NCBI GenBank assembly: GCA_963739455.1
Contig: CAVUAK010000001.1
Coordinates: 1,216,001 to 1,280,000, forward strand
DNA: 64,000 bases
Origin: an uncultured Gemmatimonadales bacterium
GTDB lineage: Bacteria > Gemmatimonadota > Gemmatimonadetes > Gemmatimonadales > GWC2-71-9
Reading direction: 5' to 3'
Shown: one piece after another, positions 29,080 through 38,198 of the stretch
Position numbering within the stretch: the first letter of the stretch is position 1
How the letters are laid out: each line of letters opens with the position of its first letter
Translations under genes and position numbers: made by a program
Notes under the pieces: model-generated
Seen by the model: the letters and a program-made list of their open reading frames with translations, nothing else
Databases searched by the model: none
Told to the model about the DNA's origin: nothing

Positions 29080-31179
29080 CTACTCCGGGCCGCCGCCGCT
29101 CGCCTTCCACTGCGTGCTGAACCCGATCCAGAGCCGGCGCTCGATGAGCCCGTTCCAGTTCTGGGGAATCTGGTTGAAGAGGTTGTCGACGCCGGCGTTG
29201 AGGCTAAGCGCCTGGAAGACGCCGAGCTGGAGGCCGACGTTCCATTGCAGGAAGGCACCCTGTTCGCCCGACCCGGTCGAGCCGAATCCATCCTCGAGAA
29301 TGGGTGCCACCCCGGTGTAGAGCGCGGTCACATCGGCCCGGAAACCGCGGAGCAATCCCCACGTCTTGGTGCCGCGCAGGCGGCCGGTGTGTGCCGCGCG
29401 GCGATTGAGCGGCTGGTTGTCGACCAGGTTCTTCGCGTCGAGGTAGGTGTAGCCGGCCGCGACGACCCAGGTGCCGGATGCCCACCGTGCTGTGGCCTCG
29501 ATACCCTGGGTGCGTGCCAGCGCGATGTTCGTCGGGGTGAAGACGCTTCCGTTCACTGCGAAGTCGATCAGGTTCTTCACGTTGTTGCGGAACCCGGCCA
29601 CCTCGAGGGTAACGGTGGGCGTCGGTGCATACGCCACCGCGACATCGAGCGCCCAGGAGGACTCGGGCACGAGGTTGGGATTTCCCTCGATCCGGTACCC
29701 GGCGGCGACGTTGATGAAGTTCCAGCTCCGTTCCTTGAAGCTCGGCCCGCGGAAGCCGCGCGCCAGGGAACCCTTGAGACGAAGCTGCTTCACCGGTTCC
29801 CACGCCACTCCCAGGCTGGGCGACAGGTTGCCCTGCCACTGCGAGTTCCAGGTGTAGCGCGCCCCGCCATTCAGCAGCACGTGGCCCAGCCGGAGCACAT
29901 CCTGCACGTAGCCTTCCACCTGTTCATCTGACGCCTGCTCCGTCAGGAGGCGATCGGGCGCGTCCACGGAGCGCAGGCTCGCCTGCGCCCCGAGCTCGAG
30001 TGAGTTGGCTCCCGACCTGCGGCTGTGCGCAACCAGCGCTCGCACCAGCCCCTCGCTCTGCGACGCGCCGGTGTTCTCGATGGGAAGGTCGCCCCTCGCG
30101 CTCCGGTACTTGTAGTCGAATTGCTCGGCGAAGAGGCGTGCCCGCCACATAGCCGCATCATTGCCTACGATCGCCTCAGTCCAACCCGACACACCCTGAA
30201 TGTCGGTGAACCCGTTGAAGCCACCACCGAGAGGCCAGCGTTGCCGCTCGTAGTTGTACATCACGTCGGCGCGGAGCGCGACGCGCCGACTGGCGGCATA
30301 GCGAAAGCTCGACCGGACGTCGTACACGCGTTCCAGGGGATCGGACCCGAGCTCCACGCCGGGCACGGCCGCCTGCTCCCGCGCGCCGCCGGTGACACTG
30401 AAGCCGAACTTGCCGACCGTGCCGCCCGCCTCGCCGTAGCCTTCGAGCCGGCCGAAAGAGCCGGTGCGTGCCGTGACGCCAAGCTGCAGCGACTGTGGCG
30501 GACCCTGGGTCACCAGGTTGATGACGCCGCCGAGCGCGTCGGATCCGTAGGCGGCGGACATCGGCCCCTTGGTGACCTCTATTCGCTGGACGGCGACAGT
30601 AGACAGTCGGCTGAGGTCGGTGTTCTGCAGGAGGTTCCCGCCAACCGGCTCGCCGTCGACGAGGACGAGCACGCGCGACTCGCCGATGCCGCGGATCGAG
30701 ATGCTGGTGCCGGCGGGTGGGCTGGGAATGGTCTGGAGACCCGGCAGCTGCGACACGATCTGGTCGGCCGCCACTGCGGCCTGCGCCTCTATTTCGGCGC
30801 GCGGGATGTTCACCACGGGCGCGGTGCTCTCGGCGGCGCGCTTCTCGAACCGTCCCGCAGTGGTGACGAGATCCGGAAGGACGATGGTGAGCGGAACGAG
30901 ATTGACGCTTGCGTCGCCGGGCCCGAGAGCCACGCGCGCTGCTCCATACCCGATTGCGATGATGCGGAGCGAGTCGGGGCGCGTTGTGACGCTGAACCGG
31001 AAGCGTCCCTCGGAGTCGGTCCACGCGACCGGGCCCCGGGGGAGCGCATTCACCTGGGCACCGCTCACCAGGTGCGCGGTGCCGGCCTCACGAACAACAC
31101 CCTGCACGATCTCCTGCGCGCTCGCTGTCAGGGGGACAGCGAAGGCCAGGAGACCGGCAAGGCAAAGCGGTCGGATCAC
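29080..31179 (-). CDS. TonB-dependent receptor
   Basis: Signal peptide; plug 'RVLVLVDG..RIEVTKGPMSAAYGSDALGGVIN'; 'GNPNLVPE'; 'GVDNLFN'. Confidence 0.93.
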   Translation of the reverse strand: MIRPLCLAGLLAFAVPLTASAQEIVQGVVREAGTAHLVSGAQVNALPRGPVAWTDSEGRFRFSVTTRPDSLRIIAIGYGAARVALGPGDASVNLVPLTIVLPDLVTTAGRFEKRAAESTAPVVNIPRAEIEAQAAVAADQIVSQLPGLQTIPSPPAGTSISIRGIGESRVLVLVDGEPVGGNLLQNTDLSRLSTVAVQRIEVTKGPMSAAYGSDALGGVINLVTQGPPQSLQLGVTARTGSFGRLEGYGEAGGTVGKFGFSVTGGAREQAAVPGVELGSDPLERVYDVRSSFRYAASRRVALRADVMYNYERQRWPLGGGFNGFTDIQGVSGWTEAIVGNDAAMWRARLFAEQFDYKYRSARGDLPIENTGASQSEGLVRALVAHSRRSGANSLELGAQASLRSVDAPDRLLTEQASDEQVEGYVQDVLRLGHVLLNGGARYTWNSQWQGNLSPSLGVAWEPVKQLRLKGSLARGFRGPSFKERSWNFINVAAGYRIEGNPNLVPESSWALDVAVAYAPTPTVTLEVAGFRNNVKNLIDFAVNGSVFTPTNIALARTQGIEATARWASGTWVVAAGYTYLDAKNLVDNQPLNRRAAHTGRLRGTKTWGLLRGFRADVTALYTGVAPILEDGFGSTGSGEQGAFLQWNVGLQLGVFQALSLNAGVDNLFNQIPQNWNGLIERRLWIGFSTQWKASGGGPE

Positions 31180-32273
31180 TGGATCCGTTCGTACCGGATG
31201 GTCGGGAAGCCGCTCAGCCCGGTGGAGCTGTAGTAGGTGACGACCTGCAGCTTGTAGACCGCCGACCCCACCTTGACCAGGAAGGTGTTGAACATCGGGG
31301 AAAGGCGGTTGTCGCCGGCCAGGTTGTAGAGGAAGACGCCGCTCTTGCTGTCGATGGTGTTCGGGATCGGTCCCGACACGAGTGACAGGTAGGCCGCATA
31401 CTCCGGTGCGTTATCGGCCCGGGTCACGCCGTCGAACGTCTCGCTGACGTCGAACGGGAAGGTCCCGGCGAGGCACGCGGCGTTGATCTCGAAGGTGTAT
31501 GCCTGCGTCACCTTGAGGTCCCAGCTGCAATCCCCAGCGGTCGGGGTGACAATGGCACCGGTGGTGAGGTTGATCCCAGCCTCGGTGGCCGTGCTGAGAT
31601 CAACGACGACCGTCTGCGGTGTGCCCAGGGTTCCGGGCGTGGTCTGCAGGCGGTAGCCGATCGTGATCCCCCGCATTCCGTCAGCCGGTGACGGCGGATT
31701 GGCGTTCACGATGTTCTCCACCCGGATGACCGCGTAGGCACCAGCACCGGCGCCCGATGCCCGGCGGAGCTTCCACACCGCGGATGGATTCGCGTCCAGT
31801 CCGGTAGCAGTGGGGCGGAACCAGCTGGTGTAGTCAGGGGCCAGGACTTCGCTGGTGAAGCCGGACGAGGGGATGTCCGCAGCAGCGACGGCATCGAACG
31901 CGGGCAGCTCGCTTTCAGCGGTGAACGCGAGGATCTCCGGATTGGTCGCGTCGGCGTTGTTCTCGAGGTTGAAGGCGGTGACGCCCTTGGGCCCCGCCAC
32001 GCCGCCATTCAGCCGGACGGAGTAGCGGCGGAAGGCCAGGTCCCAGCCGCTCGACGTCGACGGGTCGGCGATGGTCACCACCCCATCATCGGCGAAGCTG
32101 AAATAGGTGAATGCGGTGTTGGAGCTGGCGTCGATCTCCAGCTCGCCTGCCTGCGGCGGCGGGGCGCTGGTGTCGCTCTCGCATGCGGCGAGGAAGAGCA
32201 GGGTGGCGAGGGCGGGTGCCACGAAACGGGCACGGCGCGCGGTATGACTCTGCGTCATCATGAGGTAATCCAT
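31176..32273 (-). CDS. HmuY family lipoprotein
   Basis: Lipobox 'LAAC'; 'WDLAFRRY..LNGG'; C-terminal 'YKLQVVTYY..SGFPTIRY'. Confidence 0.85.
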   Translation of the reverse strand: MDYLMMTQSHTARRARFVAPALATLLFLAACESDTSAPPPQAGELEIDASSNTAFTYFSFADDGVVTIADPSTSSGWDLAFRRYSVRLNGGVAGPKGVTAFNLENNADATNPEILAFTAESELPAFDAVAAADIPSSGFTSEVLAPDYTSWFRPTATGLDANPSAVWKLRRASGAGAGAYAVIRVENIVNANPPSPADGMRGITIGYRLQTTPGTLGTPQTVVVDLSTATEAGINLTTGAIVTPTAGDCSWDLKVTQAYTFEINAACLAGTFPFDVSETFDGVTRADNAPEYAAYLSLVSGPIPNTIDSKSGVFLYNLAGDNRLSPMFNTFLVKVGSAVYKLQVVTYYSSTGLSGFPTIRYERIQ

Positions 32274-32450
32274 GGAAGGATCAGGGTGATTGCTGGAGCG
32301 GCGAAGGTAGGGCGGGGCACCCGGTCACAACAATTCGGATGGATACGGGCACGGAGTGGGGAGAACTACGGAACTGCGGGAGGCGGGACGAGGGAAGCGG
32401 GCTCGTTGCATCCGCAGCTATTCAGCGCTAAGTCTTCCTCAGGCCATTTC

Positions 32451-33143
32451 ATGAGGGCTGCTGCCATAGTACGAGAAGACGTTGCTCGCGAGCCGCTCAG
32501 CCGCTCGGTTGAGGACTATCTCAAGGCCATCTATCACCTCTCCGAGGACGGTCGGCCTGCGTCCACCAGCCAGATCGCCGAGGCGCTGTCACTCGCGCCG
32601 CCCTCGGTGAGCGGCATGGTGAAGCGGCTTTCCGAACTCGGGCTCCTGACACATGAGCCATATCGCGGGGCCACGCTCACGGCCGAGGGCCGCCATGAGG
32701 CGGTCCGGGTGATCCGGCGGCACCGCCTCATCGAGGCCTACCTGGTCGGGTTCCTGGCCTATACCTGGGACAGCGTGCACCAGGAGGCGGAGCGACTCGA
32801 GCACGCCGTGTCCGACGAGCTGGTGGAGCGGATGGCGGTGGCTCTCGGCCATCCTACAGTCGATCCGCATGGTGACCCGATACCCGACGTCCATGGTGCC
32901 GTGGCTCGGCCCAAGCTGACTCCACTGGCCGAGGTGGATTCGGGGAACAACGCGGAGATCCGTCGGGTGGATACGAGTGACGCCGAGCGGCTTCGTTACC
33001 TGGCGGGGGCGGGGCTGGTGCTGGGGGCGCGGGTGCGGGTGCTCGAGCGGGAACCGTTCAGCGGGCCGATTACACTCGAGGTGTCAGGCCGGAGCCAGGT
33101 GCTGGCGTTCGACCTGGCCAAGCTGGTGTACTGCTCGGTGTAG
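32451..33143 (+). CDS. mntR: DtxR/MntR family metal-dependent repressor with FeoA domain
   Basis: 'VEDYLKAIY', 'RRHRLIE', 'EAERLEH', 'DPHGDPIP'. Confidence 0.92.
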   Translation: MRAAAIVREDVAREPLSRSVEDYLKAIYHLSEDGRPASTSQIAEALSLAPPSVSGMVKRLSELGLLTHEPYRGATLTAEGRHEAVRVIRRHRLIEAYLVGFLAYTWDSVHQEAERLEHAVSDELVERMAVALGHPTVDPHGDPIPDVHGAVARPKLTPLAEVDSGNNAEIRRVDTSDAERLRYLAGAGLVLGARVRVLEREPFSGPITLEVSGRSQVLAFDLAKLVYCSV

Positions 33144-33147
33144 AACA

Positions 33148-33180
33148 ACGGGAACTGGGAACAGGGAACAGGTATCAGGG
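33148..33180 (+). repeat. Degenerate heptamer tandem repeat (GGGAACA-like)
   Basis: gggaact gggaaca gggaaca ggtatca. Confidence 0.7.
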
Positions 33181-34248
33181 TTCGGCGGCCAGCGCGTTCT
33201 TGATGTGATCGATGGACGCGATGGTGTAGGGATTTACCTCATTCAGCGCCGCCAGATAGAGCGACACGAAGTCTCCCAGGAGTGCCAGGCTCAGCATCTT
33301 CGCCAGCAGCGTCGAACCACTCGCCTTCACTCGATATGCCTGGCCCGCCCGCGTCACCAGATCAAGCGTTACCTTCGCCCGCAGCTTCATCCGGTCACTC
33401 TCGGCTCCATCCTCCAGCAGCAGCGCCACCCACTGCCTCACGCCGAGCCGCGCAGTTCCTTCCCATCCCAGGATCTCGTTGTGGTTCATCTCCGGCAGCG
33501 CATGCGCAAAGATGTGCTGCTTGGCGTTCTCGTTGATCTGTCCCTTCCATCGTCCGGCAACGACGGCCTGCCAGCCACCGAGTCCGTAGATCACCCCGAG
33601 GGCGCCATGGAGCGCGATCGCGAGACGCTTGGCCTCGTTCGCACCGGTGGGCGACTCGGCCTGCCACGACTTGCCGGCGGCCTCCATTTCGCCGGCGGCG
33701 CCGGCAACGTCCTGTGCCGGAAGCAGTCCGAGCTTCGCTGACGCCACCAGGACGGGCACGAGCATGAATCCCATGGCGGTGCGGGGCGGCTGGCCACCGG
33801 GGATGGTGACGATCGGTACGTGATCAGCGGCAGCGCGGCGGGCGAGCTCACCGCCGCTCGTCACCGCGACAATGCGCGCCCCGCGCTGGCGGGCGTCCGC
33901 ATACGCCGAGAGGGTCTCTTCGGTGTTGCCGGAATAGCTGGTGGCAAAGACCAGCGTGTCGGGGCCCACATATCCCGGGAGCAAGTAGTCGCGGTTTACA
34001 GTGAACGGCACCCTGGCCTGGGCCTCGAAAAGCGCCCGGGCAAAATCTCCCCCGGCCGCCGACCCCCCCAGCCCGGTGAGCACGACCTGCCTAACCCCGG
34101 TCGCGTCCAGGCTGATTGGGGTTGCCTCCGCAATCCGAAGAGCCGCGCGGCACTGGGCCGGAAAGCCGACCGCCAGGGCGTACATCCCTTTCGGGTCGCG
34201 GCTGGTGACGAACGCGGGATTGTCGAGCAGGGCATTCACCGAAGACAT
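33175..34248 (-). CDS. Bifunctional phosphoglucose/phosphomannose isomerase
   Basis: 'GLGGSA', 'SYSGNTEET', 'TSGG', 'RWKGQINENAK', 'PEMNHNE'. Confidence 0.92.
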   Translation of the reverse strand: MSSVNALLDNPAFVTSRDPKGMYALAVGFPAQCRAALRIAEATPISLDATGVRQVVLTGLGGSAAGGDFARALFEAQARVPFTVNRDYLLPGYVGPDTLVFATSYSGNTEETLSAYADARQRGARIVAVTSGGELARRAAADHVPIVTIPGGQPPRTAMGFMLVPVLVASAKLGLLPAQDVAGAAGEMEAAGKSWQAESPTGANEAKRLAIALHGALGVIYGLGGWQAVVAGRWKGQINENAKQHIFAHALPEMNHNEILGWEGTARLGVRQWVALLLEDGAESDRMKLRAKVTLDLVTRAGQAYRVKASGSTLLAKMLSLALLGDFVSLYLAALNEVNPYTIASIDHIKNALAAEP

Positions 34249-34321
34249 GGAAACTCGCCTGTGATGGTGGCTTGGGATCGCTCCAAGTCTAGCGAGTTGG
34301 CGCCCGGCAGCCATCCGGGCC

Positions 34322-34351
34322 TTGACAATTAGGCTTGCCTAATATTAGAGT
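34322..34351 (+). promoter_or_regulatory. mntH promoter with overlapping DtxR/MntR-type operator
   Basis: TTGACA-18 nt-TAGAGT; perfect inverted repeat ATTAGGC-TT-GCCTAAT at 34328-34343. Confidence 0.8.
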
Positions 34352-34423
34352 GTCGGCAGCCTATAAAGCACCGTATCACCACTGTTGAGCCCCGGTTGAG
34401 GGCTCAACTCGAGGTTTGAACTG

Positions 34424-35779
34424 ATGTCCGTGGCCACCAAGCCCCTTCCCGAGGTACCTGCCTGGCGCTTCCCGCGCCTGCGGCCATCGCTGCCGGAGGC
34501 GCATCGTACCGTTGCCGTTCCGGTCGGTGCCAGCGTGTGGCGGAAGGTGCTGGCGTTCGCGGGTCCGGGATACATGGTGGCGGTGGGGTACATGGACCCC
34601 GGCAACTGGGCGACGGACATCGCCGGCGGATCCAAGTTCGGCTACACGCTCCTGAGCGTGGTCCTGCTCTCCAACCTGATGGCAATCCTGCTGCAGTCGC
34701 TGGCGCTCAGGCTGGGGCTGGTCACCGGTCGCGACCTGGCCCAGGCATGCCGCGATCACTATTCACGGCGGGTCAGCTTCGTTCTCTGGGTCCTCTGCGA
34801 AATCGCCATCGCTGCCTGTGACCTCGCAGAGGTAATCGGCTCGGCGGTTGCCCTCAACCTCCTGTTCGGCATTCCGCTGGTGTGGGGCGTCGTGCTCACC
34901 GCGGCCGATGTGCTGCTCATCCTGCTGCTGCAGCAACGCGGCTTCCGCTGGCTCGAGGCGTTCATCATCGCGCTCATCGCGATCATCGGCGTCTGCTTCA
35001 TGGCTGAATTGCTGCTGGCCAAGCCTGCGATCGGCGCGGTCATGGCGGGGTTCATTCCCCGGACCGAGATCGTCACCAATCCGGTGATGCTCTACATCGC
35101 CATCGGCATCCTGGGTGCGACGGTGATGCCGCACAACCTGTACCTCCACTCTGCGATCGTGCAGACCCGCGACGTGGCCGACAACCCGGCGGCCACCAAG
35201 GAGGCGATCAAGTACGCCTCCATCGACTCCACGCTGGCGCTGCTCTTCGCCTTCTTCATCAACGCCGCGATCCTGATCCTGTCGGCGGCGGCATTCCACA
35301 CCACCGGCAACACCGAGGTGGCGGACATCAACGATGCCCATCGCCTGCTCACGCCGCTGCTGGGCACCACGGCGGCGGGCATCCTCTTCGCGGTGGCACT
35401 GCTGGCGTCGGGCCAGAACTCCACGATTACCGGGACGCTGGCCGGCCAGATCGTCATGGAGGGATTCCTCGACATCCGGTTGCCGCCCTGGCTCCGGCGG
35501 CTCATCACCCGGCTGATCGCCATCGTGCCGGCGGTGATCGTCACCGCGATGTATGGTGAGCGTGGCATCGGCGCGCTGCTGATCCTGAGCCAGGTGATCC
35601 TGAGCCTGCAGCTCTCGTTCGCGGTGATTCCCCTCGTCATCTTCACCAGCGACAAGCGGAAGATGGGCGCGTTCGCAAATGGCCCACTGCTCAAGGCCGC
35701 CGCGTGGGTGGTGGCCCTGGTCATTGCGGGGCTCAATGCGTGGCTGCTCGTCGGCACCGTTCGCAGCTGGGTCGCGTAG
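34424..35779 (+). CDS. mntH: Nramp family divalent metal (Mn2+) transporter
   Basis: 'GYMDPGNW', '[13 protein letters not shown]', '[15 protein letters not shown]', 'SQVILS'. Confidence 0.96.
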   Translation: MSVATKPLPEVPAWRFPRLRPSLPEAHRTVAVPVGASVWRKVLAFAGPGYMVAVGYMDPGNWATDIAGGSKFGYTLLSVVLLSNLMAILLQSLALRLGLVTGRDLAQACRDHYSRRVSFVLWVLCEIAIAACDLAEVIGSAVALNLLFGIPLVWGVVLTAADVLLILLLQQRGFRWLEAFIIALIAIIGVCFMAELLLAKPAIGAVMAGFIPRTEIVTNPVMLYIAIGILGATVMPHNLYLHSAIVQTRDVADNPAATKEAIKYASIDSTLALLFAFFINAAILILSAAAFHTTGNTEVADINDAHRLLTPLLGTTAAGILFAVALLASGQNSTITGTLAGQIVMEGFLDIRLPPWLRRLITRLIAIVPAVIVTAMYGERGIGALLILSQVILSLQLSFAVIPLVIFTSDKRKMGAFANGPLLKAAAWVVALVIAGLNAWLLVGTVRSWVA

Positions 35780-36647
35780 GCGCGCCACGCGCGCGCTGAT
35801 CGCCTCGCTCCTCTTCGTCGCCATCTCCCCCATCAGGGGAGATGCACAGCAGGTCGCCTCTCCCTCCAAGAGCCAGTACAACCTCTTCCATCGCACGCCA
35901 CGCGACCTGCGCCGGCCGCTCACCACCGACCGCCCCGACCGCACCGAGAGTCCCTACACCGTCGATGCCGGGCTCTTCCAGGTGGAGATCGACGTCTTCA
36001 CCTACGGCGTGGATGCGTCGGAGGACGGGCAGCCAGGGGTCACAGGCAACTCATACGCCGTCATGCCGTTCAACATGAAGGCGGGCTTGCTCCACAACGT
36101 GGACCTGCAGGTCGTGCTCGAGACATGGGCGTGGAAGCAGGAGACAATCGACGGTGTGGTGGAGCGCCAGCGCGGACTCGGCGCGGTTTCGGTGCGTACG
36201 AAGATCAACCTCTGGGGAAATGACGCAGGACGGACCGCGTTCGCTGTGATGCCCTACGTCGCGTTCGTGGCGGACCCCGGTTCTCCCCGGCGGGTCGTGA
36301 ACGGGGGCGTGATCCTCCCGCTCAGGGTGGACCTCGGTGCGGGATGGGGCATCGGGACGATGCTGCAGTTCGAGGTGGCGCACGACGTCGCCGACGCACC
36401 GCGGAAGGTGGCGATGATCGGATCAGCGTCGATAGGCCGGAGCATCACCGGTCCGCTCTCGTTCTTCGTGGAACTGTATGGCGGGACGGTGCTCGCCGAT
36501 GAAACGAGTGCCTGGGAAGGCACCGGCGATGTCGGACTCACGCTGGGGATAGGGCCCAACGTGCAGGTCGACGCTGGCGTGAATCTTGGATTTACCCGGC
36601 TGGCCGAGGACGTCCACCCCTTCCTCGGCCTGTCGGTACGCTTCTAG
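35736..36647 (+). CDS. Outer-membrane beta-barrel transporter (MetA-pathway-like); start uncertain
   Basis: '[20 protein letters not shown]'; C-terminal 'GLSVRF'. Confidence 0.75.
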   Translation: MRGCSSAPFAAGSRRRATRALIASLLFVAISPIRGDAQQVASPSKSQYNLFHRTPRDLRRPLTTDRPDRTESPYTVDAGLFQVEIDVFTYGVDASEDGQPGVTGNSYAVMPFNMKAGLLHNVDLQVVLETWAWKQETIDGVVERQRGLGAVSVRTKINLWGNDAGRTAFAVMPYVAFVADPGSPRRVVNGGVILPLRVDLGAGWGIGTMLQFEVAHDVADAPRKVAMIGSASIGRSITGPLSFFVELYGGTVLADETSAWEGTGDVGLTLGIGPNVQVDAGVNLGFTRLAEDVHPFLGLSVRF

Positions 36648-37517
36648 TTGCCGGCGACGCCCCGGTTCACCACGATCGTCACCACGACCCTGCGGTTCTC
36701 GGCCTGACCCTCGACGGTGGCATTGCTCGCCGCCGGGTGTGAGGCGCCCATTGCCGCGGGTGCCAGCATGCGGTAGAGCGGCACGTTGCCCGTCTGCTCG
36801 AGGAACTCGATGACGTTCTGGGCCCGCTCGTCGGTGAGCTTGTCATTGATTGCGGCGTTGCCGGTCGCGCTGGCGTAGCCGGCGACCTGCACCAGGTACC
36901 CATTGATGCCCTTCGTCTTCGCTGCCAGCGCCGCGAGGTCACTCTTCCCCTTCGCATCGATGACACTGCTGCCGTTGGCGAAGTAGACGGTGGCCGTGGC
37001 CTTTACGTCGTAATTCCCCATGTTGTTCATGCGGTTCTTGAGTGAATCCTCGCCGGCCGCATTGGCGGCGACGCCCTGTGCGTTCTTGGCGATGGCCTGC
37101 TGGTTGGCACGAGATGGCCGCAGCGTTGGCACCGGCCTGTTGCGCAGTGGGATTCACCCCTCCGGCGATCTCGCTGGCGGTGGTCATGTCTCCGGCAGAG
37201 AACTTGACGGTGGTGGCCACGACGGAATTATTCGGGCCCGGCGTGCCATCGACCTCGACCTTGAGGCCGGGGATGAGGCTCGTCATGGCCATCGACGACT
37301 TCTTGAGCTTGAGGGCGCCCTTCTTCTCCTCAACCTTGGTGTCGTTGTTCAGGGTGACCGTGGTGGTGCCGGTGGCCGTGCGTACCATCATGTCGGCCCC
37401 GCTCCGGCCGGAAATGACGCCGCTGATCTTGGTGGGCTTCTGAGCCTGGCTCACCTGCGGCGCTGCCGTCAGTCCCGCCAGGGCCAGCAAGCCTGCAACT
37501 GCCAGAACCTTCCGCAT
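36644..37517 (-). CDS. OmpA family protein with N-terminal OB-like (DUF5666-like) domain (frameshift near 37110)
   Basis: Signal peptide; 'VYFANGS', 'VAGYAS..N..L..RA', 'ENRRVV'. Confidence 0.88.
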
Positions 37518-37642
37518 ACATCCCCTCCCGAATTTTGCGCCTTGAGCGAGTTCCCTTGGGGGCGAATCTACGTCTCACGGGCCGGGCGGCAAGTTTGATC
37601 GTGGAGTTCCTGTGGCGCGTGACGGTGCGCTAGCTTTACGGC

Positions 37643-38041
37643 ATGACAGACTCGACGCCGGAACTCGGCCGCCAGCTCATCGACACCTTCGGCCGCGGCT
37701 GGTCGAAATTGCGGGTAGACCTCATCGCCGCGGCGTTTGCGCCCGACGCCGTGTTCGTGGAGACCCCCTTCTCCGAGCCGGTCCGCGGGCTCGATGAGAT
37801 CAAGAAGTACTGGGCTGACGTGCCCTATCATCAGTCGGAGGTGACCTTCACCTCGGGCGAGATCTTCGCGGTGGGCCCCTGGTTCAGCACCGAGTTCAAG
37901 TGCGTCTTCCGCCGCCGCCGCACCGGCGAGTGGGTGGATGCGCGTGGCGCGCTCTTCTGCGAAACGGCGAACGGGTTGATTACGGAAATGCGGATGTACT
38001 GGCACCGATGGAGCGGAGGTCGCGACACCAGCAAGCCGTGA
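37643..38041 (+). CDS. NTF2/SnoaL-like protein
   Basis: 'AFAPDAVFVETPF..RGLDEI..YW', 'ITEMRMYW'. Confidence 0.85.
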   Translation: MTDSTPELGRQLIDTFGRGWSKLRVDLIAAAFAPDAVFVETPFSEPVRGLDEIKKYWADVPYHQSEVTFTSGEIFAVGPWFSTEFKCVFRRRRTGEWVDARGALFCETANGLITEMRMYWHRWSGGRDTSKP

Positions 38042-38083
38042 TTGCGTCCGAGGCGGTGGGACACCGATCCGACGCCTGCAACA

Positions 38084-38130
38084 CAACTCCTTCCAATTAC
38101 AATGAGTTACATAGCGGCACATAAGTAGCA
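38084..38130 (+). promoter_or_regulatory. Putative sigma54 promoter preceded by an IHF-like inverted repeat
   Basis: CGGCACATAAGTAGCA (GG-N10-GC at 38116-38129); CAACTCCTTC-N6-CAATGAGTTA. Confidence 0.45.
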
Positions 38131-38198
38131 ATATGCCCTCGGGTTCGCCGGCTGCAGTCCTCTGCCGGGTTCACCGCTGACAGAATTTCGAGGGCACC

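Noticed and set aside
32273..32451. Cobalamin riboswitch upstream of the HmuY/TonB operon
   Set aside because: No GGGAA...GCCCCCGC or GCCACTG...GGGAAG B12-box elements on the minus strand.
34351..34423. yybP-ykoY manganese riboswitch before mntH
   Set aside because: The leader is about 65 nt with a single hairpin, too short for the four-way junction.
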